A DNA stretch of 64,000 nt from Mobula hypostoma. Lineage: Eukaryota. The stretch covers positions 244,158,001-244,222,000 of the forward strand of contig NC_086097.1 of the NCBI RefSeq assembly GCF_963921235.1, given 5' to 3'. This document shows positions 12,936-26,532 of this stretch, one piece after another (within the stretch, counting starts at the first letter, position 1; each line of letters opens with the position of its first letter). Made by a program: the position numbers and the translations under genes. Under the pieces are notes generated by a model. It was not told the DNA's origin and ran no database searches. It saw nothing but the letters and a program-made list of their open reading frames with translations.

Positions 12936-13861
12936 TAGCCTGGTATGGAAACACCAATGCTCTTGGATGGGAGATTCAAATTCAAATTCAGATTTAATTA
13001 TCATTCAACCATACATGAATACAGCCAATACTGACAAACATATGCACGCAGTACAGCCTGTCATTCCACTGAATACTGGAGAGTAACATCAACAGGAGAG
13101 GCCAGCCCCAACTGAGCACAAACACCATGCTACACCACCTCTTGCGTCTCCTCTCCTGGACTGCAGCTGCAGACAAGCCCGCTTGAGGCCTGGTCCTCGC
13201 TACAGCCGAGGCCACGCAGCTTCCCCGCTGTCTGTCACACCACCAAACAGGGGAAACAGGCTTCCATTATCAATGTTCAACAGGGTCCTGCAATCGCAAT
13301 AGAAACGTCTAACACAATCACCCATGGTTACACTGCACGCTCCCTTCGTACACCAACTCTAATGCCTTTGATTCTTTCCTGTAGCAGGCTGCAATGCAGT
13401 TTGCACCCAGTCCAGCACCTCAGTCAACAAGCAGCTCACTGATTGGGTAGACCTGCAGTACCCGAAGTTCTTGGGGTCCAGCATTGTCTTACAATTGTAA
13501 AGAAGACATTTAACGAAGTAAAATACATCTTTGGTTGACCCCTGAGAGGCCGCTGTATTTCAGGATTGTATATGGTGACATAAATGTACTTTGATAATAA
13601 ATTTACTTTGAACGTTGAACCTTAAAATTATGCCTCCTCATATTAGCCACTTCGACCCTGGGAAAAAGTCTCTAGCTGTCTACTTGATCTATGTATGTCT
13701 GTTGTCATCTTCTCTCTCCTTCACATTAAATTTTATGCTCCCATTTGATGTTATTGGCGATATGGTACAGAAATATGTGTAGCCTTTTGCTGGCTTGAAA
13801 GATATATTTGTATAAAGCCAAGCAAGTTTTGTTTGAAGCAGAACTTTTTTGTCTTCCCTAG

Positions 13862-13921
13862 CCGAATTCTGGATGATATCAACACATTCAACGACACGCA
13901 GAAGAAGAGGCAACTGTTCAG
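13862..13921 (+). CDS. ARPP21: ARPP21 internal coding exon (60 nt; RILDDINTFNDTQKKRQLFR)
   Basis: ttttttgtcttccctag acceptor and AG|gtttgt donor. Matches recalled human RLLEDSNICNETYKKRQLFR. Symmetric phase 2-2. Confidence 0.9.
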
Positions 13922-14012
13922 GTTTGTGATTAGATGAGTTAAATAAAAATTTCTATTAATTTGGAAGCAGCATTAATATTGATGACGGTTTATTTTCCTC
14001 GCTGGATGATAG

Positions 14013-14230
14013 AGACGGAACAGGGAAAACGTCCAGTAGTCGGCAGAGCAGCACTGAGGCTGACGCAAAGTGGACTGATCAGCGGCCCTGGAGTAGTACA
14101 GATTCTGACAGCTCCAATCGAAACCTGAAGCCTCCCGTAACAAAGACAGCAAGTATTGGCGGCATAACAGTGCTGACTCGTGGTGACAGCACAAGCAGTA
14201 ACAGGAGTGTGGGCAAGCTCTCTAAAACAG
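14013..14230 (+). CDS. ARPP21: ARPP21 internal coding exon (218 nt; DGTGKTSSSRQSS...PWSSTDSDSSNRNLKP...GKLSKT)
   Basis: Contains the WSSTDSDSSNRNLKP and GGITVLTRGDSTSS motifs of ARPP21/R3HDM1. Donor is G|gtagct. The acceptor is taken as gatag at 14008-14012, so the exact start is less certain. Confidence 0.9.
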
Positions 14231-14675
14231 GTAGCTGGTATTCACCAGGTTCTGGAGTTAGCCTTGTTCCACTGCATTTCACGATGGCAAACAGGAAATA
14301 GCCCAAACAGCCTGAAGTGATTGATTTTATTTATTGAATTATTTATTCATTGAGATACAGCATGGAATAGGTCCTCCCAGTCCTTCAAAGCATGCTGCCC
14401 ACTGATTTTAATCCTAGCCTAACCATGGGGCAGTTTATAATAATCAACTAACCTACCAACTGGTATGTCTAGAGCACCCGGAAGAAACCCATGCGGTCAC
14501 ACGGAGAACATACAAACTCCTTATAGGCAGGGGTGGGAATTGAACCCGGGCTGCTGATACTCTAAAGCGTTGTGCTAACCACTACACTACCATGCCACCT
14601 GAATGTCTCAAAGGTGACAGCAAACCGCATTCAAATTGTTATTGCGTTATCAATTTTAAATTGTTTCAGGTCAAT

Positions 14676-15625
14676 GCACGCACAAAATGCTGGAGGAATT
14701 CGGCAGGTCAGAATTGGAATAAACAATCAATATTCCGGGCTGAGACCCTTCATCAGGGCTGGATAGGAAGGGGGCAGAATCCAGAATAAGAAAGTGGGGA
14801 GGGAGAGGAGCACAAAATGGCAGGTGATAGGTGAGACCAGGTGAGGGGGAAGTTGGGTGGCTGGGGGCAGGGAAGGAGCACAAACTTGCAGGTGATAGGT
14901 GAGACCAGGCGAGGGGGAAGGTAGGTGGCTGGGGGAGGGGAAGGAGCACAAACTGGCAGGTGATAGGTGAGACCAGGTGAGGAGGAAGTTGGGTGGCTGG
15001 GGGAGGAGGAGGAGTACAAACTGGCAGGTGATAGGTGAGACCAGTTGAGGGGGAAGGTGGGTGGCTGGGGGCAGGGAAGGAGCACAAACTTGCAGGTGAT
15101 AGGTGAGACCAGGCGAGGGGGAAGGTAGGTGGCTGGGGGAGGGGAAGGAGCACAAACTGGCAGGTGATAGGTGAGACCAGGTGAGGAGGAAGTTGGGTGG
15201 CTGGGGGAGGAGGAGGAGTACAAACTGGCAGGTGATAGGTGAGACCAGTTGAGGGGGAAGGTGGGTGGCTGGGAGGGTGGGTATGAAGTTGGAAGGTGGG
15301 AAGGGAATAGGTGGAAAAAATAAAGGGCTGAAGAAGAAGGAATCTGACAGGAGAGGAAAGTGGACCATGGGAGAAAGAGAAGAAGGTGGGGCATCAAGGA
15401 GAGATGATAGACTGGTGAGGAAAGGAGAAGGGGTGGGAGGGAAGACGGAATAAGGAATAGAAAAAGGGAGAGGTGGAGGGGGGTGAAATTGCCGTGTTAG
15501 AGAAGTTGTTGGTCATGTAATCAGGTTGGAGGCTGTCCGGACTGAATATGAGTTGGAAGTAGAGGAGTAGAGGAGGCAGTAGAGGAAGCCGTGGACTGAC
15601 ATGTTGGAATGGGAATAGGAAATCA
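14676..15625 (-). mobile_element. Penelope-like pseudo-LTR fragment containing a minisatellite
   Basis: cacaaaatgctggagg...gagacccttcatcagg end, and a GIY-YIG C-terminal remnant (SLQPDYMTNNFSN) on the minus strand. Confidence 0.75.
14807..15275. repeat. 68-bp G-rich minisatellite, ~7 units, with 204-bp higher-order duplication
   Basis: Units start ggag(c/t)acaaa at 14807, 14875, 14943, 15011, 15079, 15147 and 15215. Units 2-4 share diagnostic variants with units 5-7. Confidence 0.92.
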
Positions 15626-15754
15626 ATCATGTTTCTGAATCATGCTGTTTAGCAATTGTAACAAAGGTATATTTTTCTTTGTCAACTAACAGATTTGATC
15701 CTCTCTGCCTTTTTAGTGAGCATAGATACGAGGTGTGTGGCAGGAAGAACTAGA

Positions 15755-17330
15755 CCATAAGAGCATAAAGCAGCAGAGCAGAATTAGGCCATTCAGCCCA
15801 TTAAGTCTGCTCCAGCATTCTATCATGGCTGACTTATTGCCCCTCTCAATCTCATTCTCCTGCCTTCTGCCCATAATCTTTGATGCCCTTACTAATCATG
15901 AAACTGTCAACCTCCACTTCAAGTACACCCATGACTTGGCCCCTACTGTGTCTGTGGCAATGAATTCCACAGATTCACCACCATCTGGCTAAAGAAATTC
16001 CTCCTCATCTCTGTTCTAAATGGACGTCCTTCTATTCTGACGCTGACCACTGGTCCTAGACTCCTCCACTATTGGAAACATTCTCTCCATGTCCACACTA
16101 TCTAGGAATATTAATGATTGAATGATTTAAGTGAGATCCCTCCCTCATTCTTCTGAACTTCAGAACCATCAAACGCTCCTCATATTCATTCCCTTTCATT
16201 CTCAGGATCAGTCTTCTGAATCTCCTCTGGATTATCTCCTATGCCAGCATATCCTTTCTTAGATAAAATACCCAAAATTGCTCACAATATTCCAAGTCAG
16301 GCCTCACCAATGTCTTAGAAAACCTCAACATTACATTCTTGCTTTGATATTCTAGTCTTCTTCAAATGCACGCTAAAATTACTTTTGTGTTCCTCACCGC
16401 TGACTCAACCTGCGAATTAATTGAGCGAATCCTGCACATGGATTTCCAAGTCCCCTTGCACCTCAGATTTTTGAAAATTTTCTCTGTTTAGAAAGTAGTC
16501 TGTGCCTTTATTTCTTCTACCTAAGTGCATGACTATGCTCTTTCCTACATTATCTTCTATTCATTCTTCTTTTCCCATTCTCCTAATCTTTCTAAGTTCT
16601 TCTGCAGCCCTTCTGCTTCCTCAACACTACCTCCCCCTCCACTTATCTTCGTATCATCCACAGATTTGGCCACAAAGCCATCTATTCCATTATCCAAATC
16701 ATTGACATGTATTTTGAAAAGAAGCAGTCCCTACATCAACACCTATGGAACCCCACTGATCACCAGCAGCCAACCAAAAAATCCCCCTTTATTTCCACTC
16801 TTTGCCTATTGTATCATCTGCCTCCAGATACCCAGAAACCTCATCCTCAATAATAGACTCCAACATCATTCCAACCACTGAAGTCTGGCTAACTGGCCTA
16901 TAATTTCCTGTCTTATGCTTCCCTCCCTTCTTAAATAGTGGAGTGATTCTTACAATAGTCTACTCATCCAGAACCATTCAAGAATCTAGTGACTCTTGAA
17001 AGATTACTTCTAGTGCCACCACAATCTCTTCAGCTATCTCTTTTGGAACGCTGGTTGTAGTCCATCTGGTACAGGTGACTTATCTACCTTCAGATCTTTC
17101 TTCTCTACAAGTACCTTCTCCTTAGAACTAACTACACTTATTTCTGACACCTGACATGCTTGAATATCTGGCATGCAGGTGGTGTCTTCCACAATGATCC
17201 CTGACGCAAAATACTGATGAGATCATCTGCCATTCCTTTGTCCCCCATTACTATCTCTCCTGCATCATTTTCCAGTGGTCCAATATCCACTCTCGCCTCT
17301 CTTTTACCTCTGATGTTAGCCATTTCTGCC
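15755..17330 (-). mobile_element. Degenerate CR1 LINE ORF2/3' end
   Basis: Minus-strand remnants such as REARVDIGPLENDAGEIVMGDKGMA, with the CR1 3' terminus at ~15755. Confidence 0.8.
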
Positions 17331-18018
17331 TTTGAACAACATCTCTTGAACAACTTGATCTATGCCTCTTATCATCATGTACACCTCTATCAAGAGGTGT
17401 ACTCTTGGTTGTGGAGTTTTTATAGAGCTCTGTGTTTGTAGATCTGAAACTTTAATCTCATAGAACATGCTCTGTTATCCTAGAAATATCCTGGTAAATT
17501 TCCTCTCCACCCTCTCTAAAGCTTCCACATCCTTCATATAATGAATTGGGTAGAAAAACACAAATTCTTTTGCCACACAAGTTAATAAGGTGGTTAAGAA
17601 GGCATAGGGTGATTTTGCCTTCATTAATTAGGGGATTGGGTTCAAGAGCTGTGAAGTAATGTTGCAGCTCTGTAAAACTCTGGTGAGACCACACTTGGAA
17701 TATTGTGTTCTGTTCTGGTCACCTCGTTATTGGAAGATTGTGAAAGCCTTAGAGAGGGTGTAGAAGATAGGATTGGTTGAATGAGCTGGAGTTTCCCTTT
17801 TGGAGCAAAGGAAGATGAGAAGTGACTTGATAGAGAAGTATATGTTGATAAGAGGCATAAACAGAGTGGACAACCATCACTTTTTACCCCCAGGGTAGAA
17901 ATGGCTTATTTGAGGGAGCAAAATTTTAAGGTATTTTGAGGAAAGTACAGGGGACACAACAGAGGTAGGTTCATATAACATGCTGCTAGGGATGGTGGTA
18001 GAGGCAGATACATTAGAG

Positions 18019-18229
18019 ACACACATAAAAGTTGCTGGTGAACGCAGCAGGCCAGGCAGCATCTCTAGGAAGAGATACAGTCGACGTTTTGGGCCGAGAC
18101 CTGACGAAGGGTCTCGGCCTGAAACGTCGACTGTACCTCTTCCTAGAGATGCTGCCTGGCCTGCTGCGTTCACCAGCAACTTTTATGTGTGTTGTTTGAA
18201 ATTCCATCATCTGCAGATTTCTTCATGTT
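18019..18229 (+). mobile_element. Miniature fold-back Penelope-derived insertion
   Basis: Arms 18019-18101 and 18110-18192, an 8-nt loop and a 37-nt tail. TSD tacattagag (18009-18018, 18230-18239) inside a CR1 3' fragment. Confidence 0.88.
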
Positions 18230-18534
18230 TACATTAGAGGCATTTAGATGAGCACATATATGAGAGAAAAATGGAAGGCTATGTGGAAAGGAAGTGTTAG
18301 ATTCATCTTAGAGTAGGTTAAAATGTCAGCCTGACATTGTGGGCCCAAGGGTCTGGAATGTGCTGTAACAATCTATGTTCTAGGTTAACATAGTGCATGG
18401 TTAAGAATTGTTTTCATTGCAAAACATTTTGATGGGAGAAGGCCTGACAGTTTTAATCTCTGCTGTCACATTAACAAAAGAGGGCAAGGCTCTGTCACTG
18501 TTTCAAGAAAATCCTTTGCTCTGTTAGAAAGTGA

Positions 18535-18819
<285 letters not shown>

Positions 18820-20383
18820 TAGTGTGATTGTTACCACACCTCAACGCGAATAAATATCAATGCAACGTGAAGGCTGGGATACCGCAGTGTAGCGGATAGC
18901 ACCACGCTTTATATCGCCAGTGACGACAGATCAAGGTTCAATCCCTGCTGCTGTCCGTAAGGAATTTGTACATTCTCCCCGTAATCCGGCTCCTCCAAAG
19001 AAGGTTGAGGGTTAGGGTTAGTAAGTTGTGGGCACGGTACGTTCATGTTGGAAGCATGGCAACTCTTGCTGGATGCTGCCACCACTTCCTCAGATTGTGT
19101 TGGTCGCATTTCACTGTATGTTCCGATGTACAAGTGACAAATAAATCTAAACTTTATCTCTTCTTCCACAAGACTGCAAGGACTAGCCTTCAACCTTTTA
19201 TCTGACAAGCTTTCCATTAATGCAGATATATCTCTGTAGAATGGAGATGAGGAGGAATTTCTTTAACGAGATGGTGGTGAATCTGTGGAATTCATTGCCA
19301 CAGATGGCTGTTGAGGCAAAGCATGGATTGATACCTGGAAGTATAATGTGGTAGCTATTAGTGAAACATGGTTACAGGAGAGGTGTGATTGGCAACTAAA
19401 TATTCCTGGATTTAATTGCTTCAGGTGTTACAGAATCGGAGGGACAAGAGGGGGAGGTGTTGCATTGCTTGTCAGAGAAAATATTACAGCGGTGCTCTGG
19501 CAGGATAGATTAGAGGGCTCGTCTAGGGAGGCTATTTGGGTGGAATTGAGGAACGGGAAAGGTGTAGTAACTCTTTTGGGGGTGTATTATAGACCACCAA
19601 ATGGGGAGCAAGAATTGAAGGAGCAAATTTGTAAGGAGATAGCAGATACTTGTAGTAAGCACAAAGTTGTGATTGTGGGAGATTTTAATTTTGCAAACAC
19701 AGACTGGGAAGCCCATACTGTGAAAGGGCTGGATGGTTTGGAGTTTGTAAAATGTGTGCAGGATAGGTTTTTGCAGCAATACATAGAGGTACCAACGAGA
19801 GAAGGGGCAGTGTTGGATCTCCTGTTAGGGAATGAGATAGGTCAGGTGATGGAGGTTTGTGTTGGGGAACACTTCGGGTCCAGTGATCACAATGCTATTA
19901 GTTTCAATATAATTATAGAGAAGGATAGGGCTGGACCCAGGGTTGAGATTTTTGATTGGAGAAAGGCTAACTTTGAGGAGATGCAAAAGGATTTAGGAAG
20001 AGTGGATTGGGACAATTTGTTTTAAGGAAGAATGTAATAGAGAAATGGAGGTCATTTAAAGGTAAAATTTTGAGAGTACAGAATCTTTATGTTCCTGTTA
20101 GGTTGAAAGGAAAGGTTAAAAGTTTGAGAGAGCCATGGTTTTCAAGGGATATTGGAAACTTGGTTCGGAAAAAGAGAGATATCTACAATAAATATAAGCA
20201 GCATGGAGTAAATGAGGTGCTTGAGGAATATAAAGAATGTAAAAAGAATCTTAAAAAGAAATTAGAAAAGCTAAAAGAAGATACGAGGTTGCTTTGGCAA
20301 GTAAGGTGAAAATAAATCCCAAGGGTTTCTACCGTTATATTAATAGCAAGAGGATAGTGAGGGATAAAATTGGTCCCTTAGAG

Positions 20384-21160
20384 CAGCGGTCCCCAACCAC
20401 CAGGCCGTGGACTGGTACCGAGCCGCAAAGCATGTGCTACCGGGCCTTGAGGAAACGATATAATTCAGCTGCACCTTTTCCCATTCCCTGTCACGCACTG
20501 TTGAACTTGAACATAGGGTTGCCAACTGTCCCGTATTTGCCGGGACATCCCGTATATTGGACTAAATTGGTTTATCCCGTATTTCCCCCACTAAGGTAGA
20601 GCGTTCCTATGAAACCTTTCGTGCCAAAATGCCTAAAATGAAAAAACAATTACCATTAATTTATATGGGAAAAATTTTTGAGTGTTCCCAGACCCAAAGA
20701 AATAACATAACAAATCATACCAAATAACACATAAAACCGAAAATAAATAACACTAACATAGAGAAAAAGCAGGAATGATATGATAAATACACAGCCTATA
20801 TAAAGTAGAAATAATGTATGTACAGTATAGTTGGGAAGATGAAGGCAAAACCGATTTATGGAAGAAGAAAATTCAGCACGTACGTGCATGTGCACATCAC
20901 ATGCGCACGTCATGCATGCGCACACAGCTGCCCACGCAAGGCTTCATGGTCATGGTAGTCTTTTCTGGGGTAAAGTGTCCCGGGATTTGACTGCTACTTT
21001 TGTCCCTTATTTGGGAGCGAGGAAGTTGGCAACCCTAACTGTAAAAGACATGCTGAGGTAAGTTTAACCCTATTGCACCCCCCCCCCCGGGTCGGCCAGT
21101 CCGCAAGAAAATTGTCAATATTAATCCGGTCAGCGGTGCAAAAAAGGTTGGGGACCCCTG
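20384..21160. mobile_element. Non-autonomous hAT (Charlie-like) transposon inserted in the CR1
   Basis: TIRs cagcggtccccaacc / ggttggggacccctg, with a perfect 8-bp TSD ccttagag at 20376-20383 and 21161-21168. The CR1 reading frame (IGPL|ENQ) resumes after it. Confidence 0.92.
20514..21037. mobile_element. Second hAT-type (Tip100-like TIR) element nested in the Charlie-like element
   Basis: Perfect 14-bp TIR tagggttgccaact / agttggcaacccta. No TSD is visible. Confidence 0.7.
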
Positions 21161-24100
21161 CCTTAGAGAATCAAAGTGGACAGCTATGTGAGGAGCCAAA
21201 AGAGATTCTGAACAATTTCTTTTCTTCAGTATTCACTAAGGAGAAGGATATTGAATTGTGTAAGATAAGGGAAACAGGGAAGTTATGGAAACTATGATGA
21301 TTAAAGAAGAGGAAGTACTGGAACTTTTAAGGAATATAAAAGTGGATAAGTCTCCAGATCCTGACAGGATATTTCCTAGGACCTTGAGGGAAGTTAGTGT
21401 GGAAATAGCAGGTGCTCTGACAGAAATATTTCAAATGTCATTAGAAACGGGGATGGTGCCAGAGGATTGGCGTATTGCTCATGTTGTTCCATTGTTTAAA
21501 AAGGGTTCTAAGAGTAAACCTAGCAATTATCGGCCTGTGAGTTTGATGTCAGTGGTGGGTAAATTAATGGGAAGTATTATTAGAGATGGTATATATAATT
21601 ATCTGGATAGACAGGGACTGTTTAGGAACAGTCAATATGGATTTGTGCGTGGAAGGTCATGCTTGACAAATCTTATTGAATTTTTTGAAAAGGTTACTAG
21701 GAAAGTTGACGAGGGTAAAGCGGTGGATGTTGTCTATATGGACTTCAGTAAGGCCTTTGACAAGGTCCCACACAGAAGGTTGGTTAGGAAGATTCAATAG
21801 TTAGGTATTAATATTGAAGTAGTAAAATGGATTCAGCAGTGGCTGGATGGGAGACGCCAGAGAGTGGTGGTGGATAACTGTTTGTCAGATTGGAGGCCGG
21901 TGACTAGTGGTGTGCCTCAGGGATCTGTACTGGGTCCAATGTTGTCTGTCATATACATTAATGATCTGGATGATGGGGTGGTAAATTGGATGAGTAAGTA
22001 TGCAGATGATACTAAGATAGGTGGAGTTGTGGATAATGAAGTAGGTTTTCAAAGCTTGCAGAGAGATTTAGGCCAGTTAGAAGAGTGGGCTGAAAGATGG
22101 CAGATGTATTTTAATGCTGATAAATGTGAGGTGGTACATTTTGGTAGGACTAATCAAAATAGGACATACATGGTAAATGGTAGGGCATTGCAGAATGCAG
22201 TAGAACAGAGGGATCTAGGAATAATGGTGCATAGTTCCCTGAAGGTGGAATCTCATGTGGATAGGGTGGTGAAGAAAGCTTTTGGTATGCTGGCCTTTAT
22301 AAATCAGAGCATTGAGTATAGGAGTTGGGATGTAATGTTGAAATTGGACTAGGCATTGGTGAGGCCAAATTTGGAGTATTGTGTACAGTTTTGGTCGCCG
22401 AATTATAGGAGAGTGTCAACAAAATTGAAATAGCACGGAGAAGATTTACTAGAATGTTACCTGGGTTTCATCACCTGAGTTACAGAGAAAAGTTGAACAA
22501 GTTGGGTCTTTATTCTCTGGAACGTAGAAGGTTGAGGGGGGGACTTGATAGAGGTATTCAATATTATGAGGGGGATTGATAGAGTTGACGTGGATAGGCT
22601 TTTTCCATTGAGGGTGGGGGAGATTCAAACAAGAGGACATTAGTTGAGAGTTATAGGGCAAAATTTTAGGGGTAACATGAGGGGGAACTTCTTTACTCAG
22701 AGAGTGGTAGCTGTGTGGAACGAGCTTCCAGCAGAAGTGGTTGAGGCAGGTTTGATGTTGTCGTTTAAAGTTAAATTGGACAGCTATATGGACAGGAAAG
22801 GAATGGAGGGTTATGGGCTGAGTGCAGGTCGGTGGGACTAGGTGAGAGTAAGAGTTCGGCACGGACTAGAAGGGCCGAGATGGCCTGTTTCTGTGCTGTA
22901 ATTGTTATATGGTTATAAGTCATTGGGTGTATTTAAAGCAGAGGTTGAATAGTTTGTCATTAGTAGGTGCATCAAAGGTCATGGGAGAAGACAGGAGAAA
23001 GGGTTTGAAAGGGATAATAAATCAACAATCAAGGATCACCTTTATTCGCCATACACGTATTATGAAATTGCTGTGCTGTGTTGGTGCAATTAGTAATAAA
23101 AAATAAGATTCAACAATCACGGGTAAAGCCCTCCCGACCATTCAGCACATCTACATGAAGCGCTGTCACAGGAAAGCAGCATCTATCATCACAGATCCTC
23201 ACCACCCAGAACATGCTCTCTTCTCACTGCTGCCATCAGGAAGAAGGTACAAGATCCTCAGGGCCCCACACCATCAGGTTCAAGAACAGTTACTACCCCT
23301 CAACCATCAGGTTCTCAATCCAGAGGGGATAACTTCATTCATTTACAAGGACTCTTCATCTCGTGTTTTCAATATTTATTACTTACTTATTTATTGTTAT
23401 TATTTCTATTCTGTTGTATTTGTACAGCTTGTTGTCTTCTGCATACGGGTTGAACGCCCAAGCTGTTTCTGTTATGGTTATTATACTATAGGTTTATTGA
23501 GTATGCCCACAAGAAAATGAATCACAGGGTTGTATATGGTGACATATATGTACTTTGATAATGAATTTACTTTGAACTTTGATAAAGAATTTAAAAAAAA
23601 TAAGTTATAGATTAATGATGGATATAGTAAGTCAGCCATGATGGAATGGAGGACAGATGCAATGGGCTGAATGGCCTATTTCTGCTCCTATGTCTTATGG
23701 TCTTATAGCCTTGGGGTGTGTGTTGATCCTTAAACTCTAGAATAGAACCTATGCCTTTTCTTCACTTCAGATGCAGTTCTGTGCCAAGAGTTCAAGGGTG
23801 ATGGACTTGTGTAACAAATCTGAACTTTTATAATGATTATAATAAAGTTCAAAGTTCAAAACATTTATTATCAAAGTATGTATACTTTACAGAGTCTTGA
23901 GATTTGTCTCCTAACGAGACAAAGAAATCCAACAGAACCCATTAAAAAGGCTGTCAAACACCCGATGTACAGAGAGAAAAAGACAAGCTGTGCAAACAAT
24001 AAAAGTAAGCAAATAGCATTTAGAAATGAAGTTCACAAAAGTGAGTTAGTTGCAGGCAACTTTCTCAGTTCAGTGCAAAAATGAGTAAACATCATCGAGC

Positions 24101-24530
24101 AGCAGGCGGAACATCAGCACGACGCCTATCTCTGGACCTGTTACCCCATCCCCCCAATCTGATGCTTCAATCGTCCAAACCTCACGTCTTTCCTCGCTCT
24201 TAGGCCTGGGCTCCATCTCCACTCTGCCTCGCCTATGTTTGCCTCGCAATTATAATAATAACTTACTTACCATACAATGTAGGTCAAAGTGCTTTACAAT
24301 GGGATAGCCAAACCTGAAAAATAAAAGACAAAATAAAAACAAGAATAAATGAATAGTTTTTTTTGAGTTGGCATTTAAAAGTGTCAACTGAGTCTGCACC
24401 CATTATAGTTTCAGGTATTGAATTCCACAGTTCAAAAAAATCTGATCTTTTGAGAGAGATTGTTTAAATTTAAGAGACTGGCAGAAGAAGACACGTAAGC
24501 TCGAGCAGATTTATGTGTTTCAGTATTTAA

Positions 24531-24929
<399 letters not shown>

Positions 24930-26338
24930 TGAACTTTTGATCATTATTGATTAGTTTTGAGAGGAATATATATAAAATAAGTAGTGCAAAAAGAGAGCAA
25001 ATAAAGAAAACAACAGTGAAATAGTGCACATGGGTTCATTGTCCATTCAGAAATCTGATGGCCGAGGGGAAGAAGCTGTTCCTAAAATATTGAGTTGTGT
25101 CTTCAGGCTCCTGCACCACCTCCTTGTCCTTCTGAAAACAAGCAACTACTTACCAGCCATTAACAAAACCAGGAATACAACTAAATACCTTATTAATAAC
25201 GGATTTTCTGTAAAATAATTATGGTAAACAATCACTGCAAACATTGAAGAGGCAAGTGAAGGCAAGGCTGAATCGAGGGTCGAAGTGTGCGAGTGCGAGG
25301 TGAAGTCAAGGCAAGGTCGAGGCATATTCGAGGCAGAGTCGGGGCGAGTGGAGCGGAACAAAGTTGGAGTGGAGGGAGGCAGATTCAAGGCCCATTGCGA
25401 TGTTTACTGTGCTCTGCACTGCACTGCGGCTAAGGCTGTGGCCTGGTTCAGCTTCATGTCTGAGGACTCACTTTCATTCTAAATGCTATTTGCCTATTTT
25501 TATTCTTTGCACCTGACAAAGGGCAGATGAGCTCCTTGTGAACCAACGGCCATCTTCCGTGGAAGAGATTAAAGCCTCACCACGTATCTACGAATGGTAT
25601 GCTATGCACCTAGTTAGAAGAGACATGATGAACTTGCGCGCTGCATCGTGTGCCTGGACCTGCCCAAGGCCTCCGCCTAAGCAAGGGCTGATCTCGAAGA
25701 AGTGGCCGCAGCGGCCTCGGGCTCGAGTTCAGCAGGGCAGCGGCAGGCAGTGCCAAGGCGGCCAGTGAGAACAAACTGGAGGAGAGGCTGTACTTGGTGC
25801 TGTCGCAGGATCGAAGAAGATGGAGGTGCATAGCTGCCAACCCCGGATTCGGGACAGCACCCACTCACTGACTGATTCTTTGCACAATTTGTTTTTTTTC
25901 CCCTCTCTGCACGGAAGGTGTTTGGCAGTCTTCTTTTTTGATGTGTTCTTTTGGATTTCTTTGTTTTGTGGCTGCCTGAAAGGAAAGGGGAGCTCAAGGT
26001 TGCTTAATGTATGGATACTTTGATAATAAAAGTACTTTGAACTTTGAACTTAACAGTGGATGCCGTCTTTTTGAGGCATCGTTATTTGAGTATGTTCTGG
26101 ATGCTGGGGAGGCTAGTGCCCAAGATGGAGCTGGCTGAGTTTGTAACCTCCTGCCCTTTTTTTACGATCCTGTGCAGTGGCCCCTCTATACCAGACGGTG
26201 GTGCAACCAGTTAGAATGCTCTCCACAGAACATCTGTAGAAATCTACGAGAGTCTTTTGTCAGGATCTTCACACGCAGGGTAATATTGTGATGGACAGCA
26301 CTTACAATTTCTTGAGTACCTCATGGGATTCTATAGAG

Positions 26339-26418
26339 CAGGGGTTCCCAACTTTGTTTATGACATGGCCCACTACCATTAAGCAAGGGGTTTGTGGACC
26401 TCAGATTAGGAACCCCTG
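26339..26418. mobile_element. 80-bp hAT-type MITE
   Basis: TIR caggggttcc / ggaacccctg. The TSD is not preserved. Confidence 0.6.
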
Positions 26419-26532
26419 TGGTAGGCTCATAGGACACTACAGCAAAGAAATAGACAATTTGGCCCATTAACTCCATGCTGAACTCTTATGCTACCCTTCA
26501 CACCCTCTCACACTTATCCAAACTACTCTTAA

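Larger units (their letters stand above)
19322..22915 (+). mobile_element. CR1 LINE with near-complete ORF2 (AP endonuclease + reverse transcriptase), several stops/frameshifts
   Basis: ORFs 19348..20025 (VAISETW, GVYYRPP, GDFNF, SDHN), 21285..21800 (NYRPVSL, DFSKAFDKV) and 21864..22352 (GVPQGSVLGP, YADD). Nested within an older CR1 fragment. Confidence 0.95.

Noticed and set aside
14807..15275. CRISPR-like regular repeat
   Set aside because: The units are contiguous tandem copies without unique spacers. The context is vertebrate and there are no cas genes.
14671..15397. Three long Pro/Ser-rich ORFs
   Set aside because: They are translations of the 68-bp minisatellite, which lacks stop codons on that strand.
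18019..18192. Fold-back hairpins as novel microRNA genes
   Set aside because: The arms are multi-copy transposon sequence with TSDs, and nothing shows precise processing without small-RNA data.
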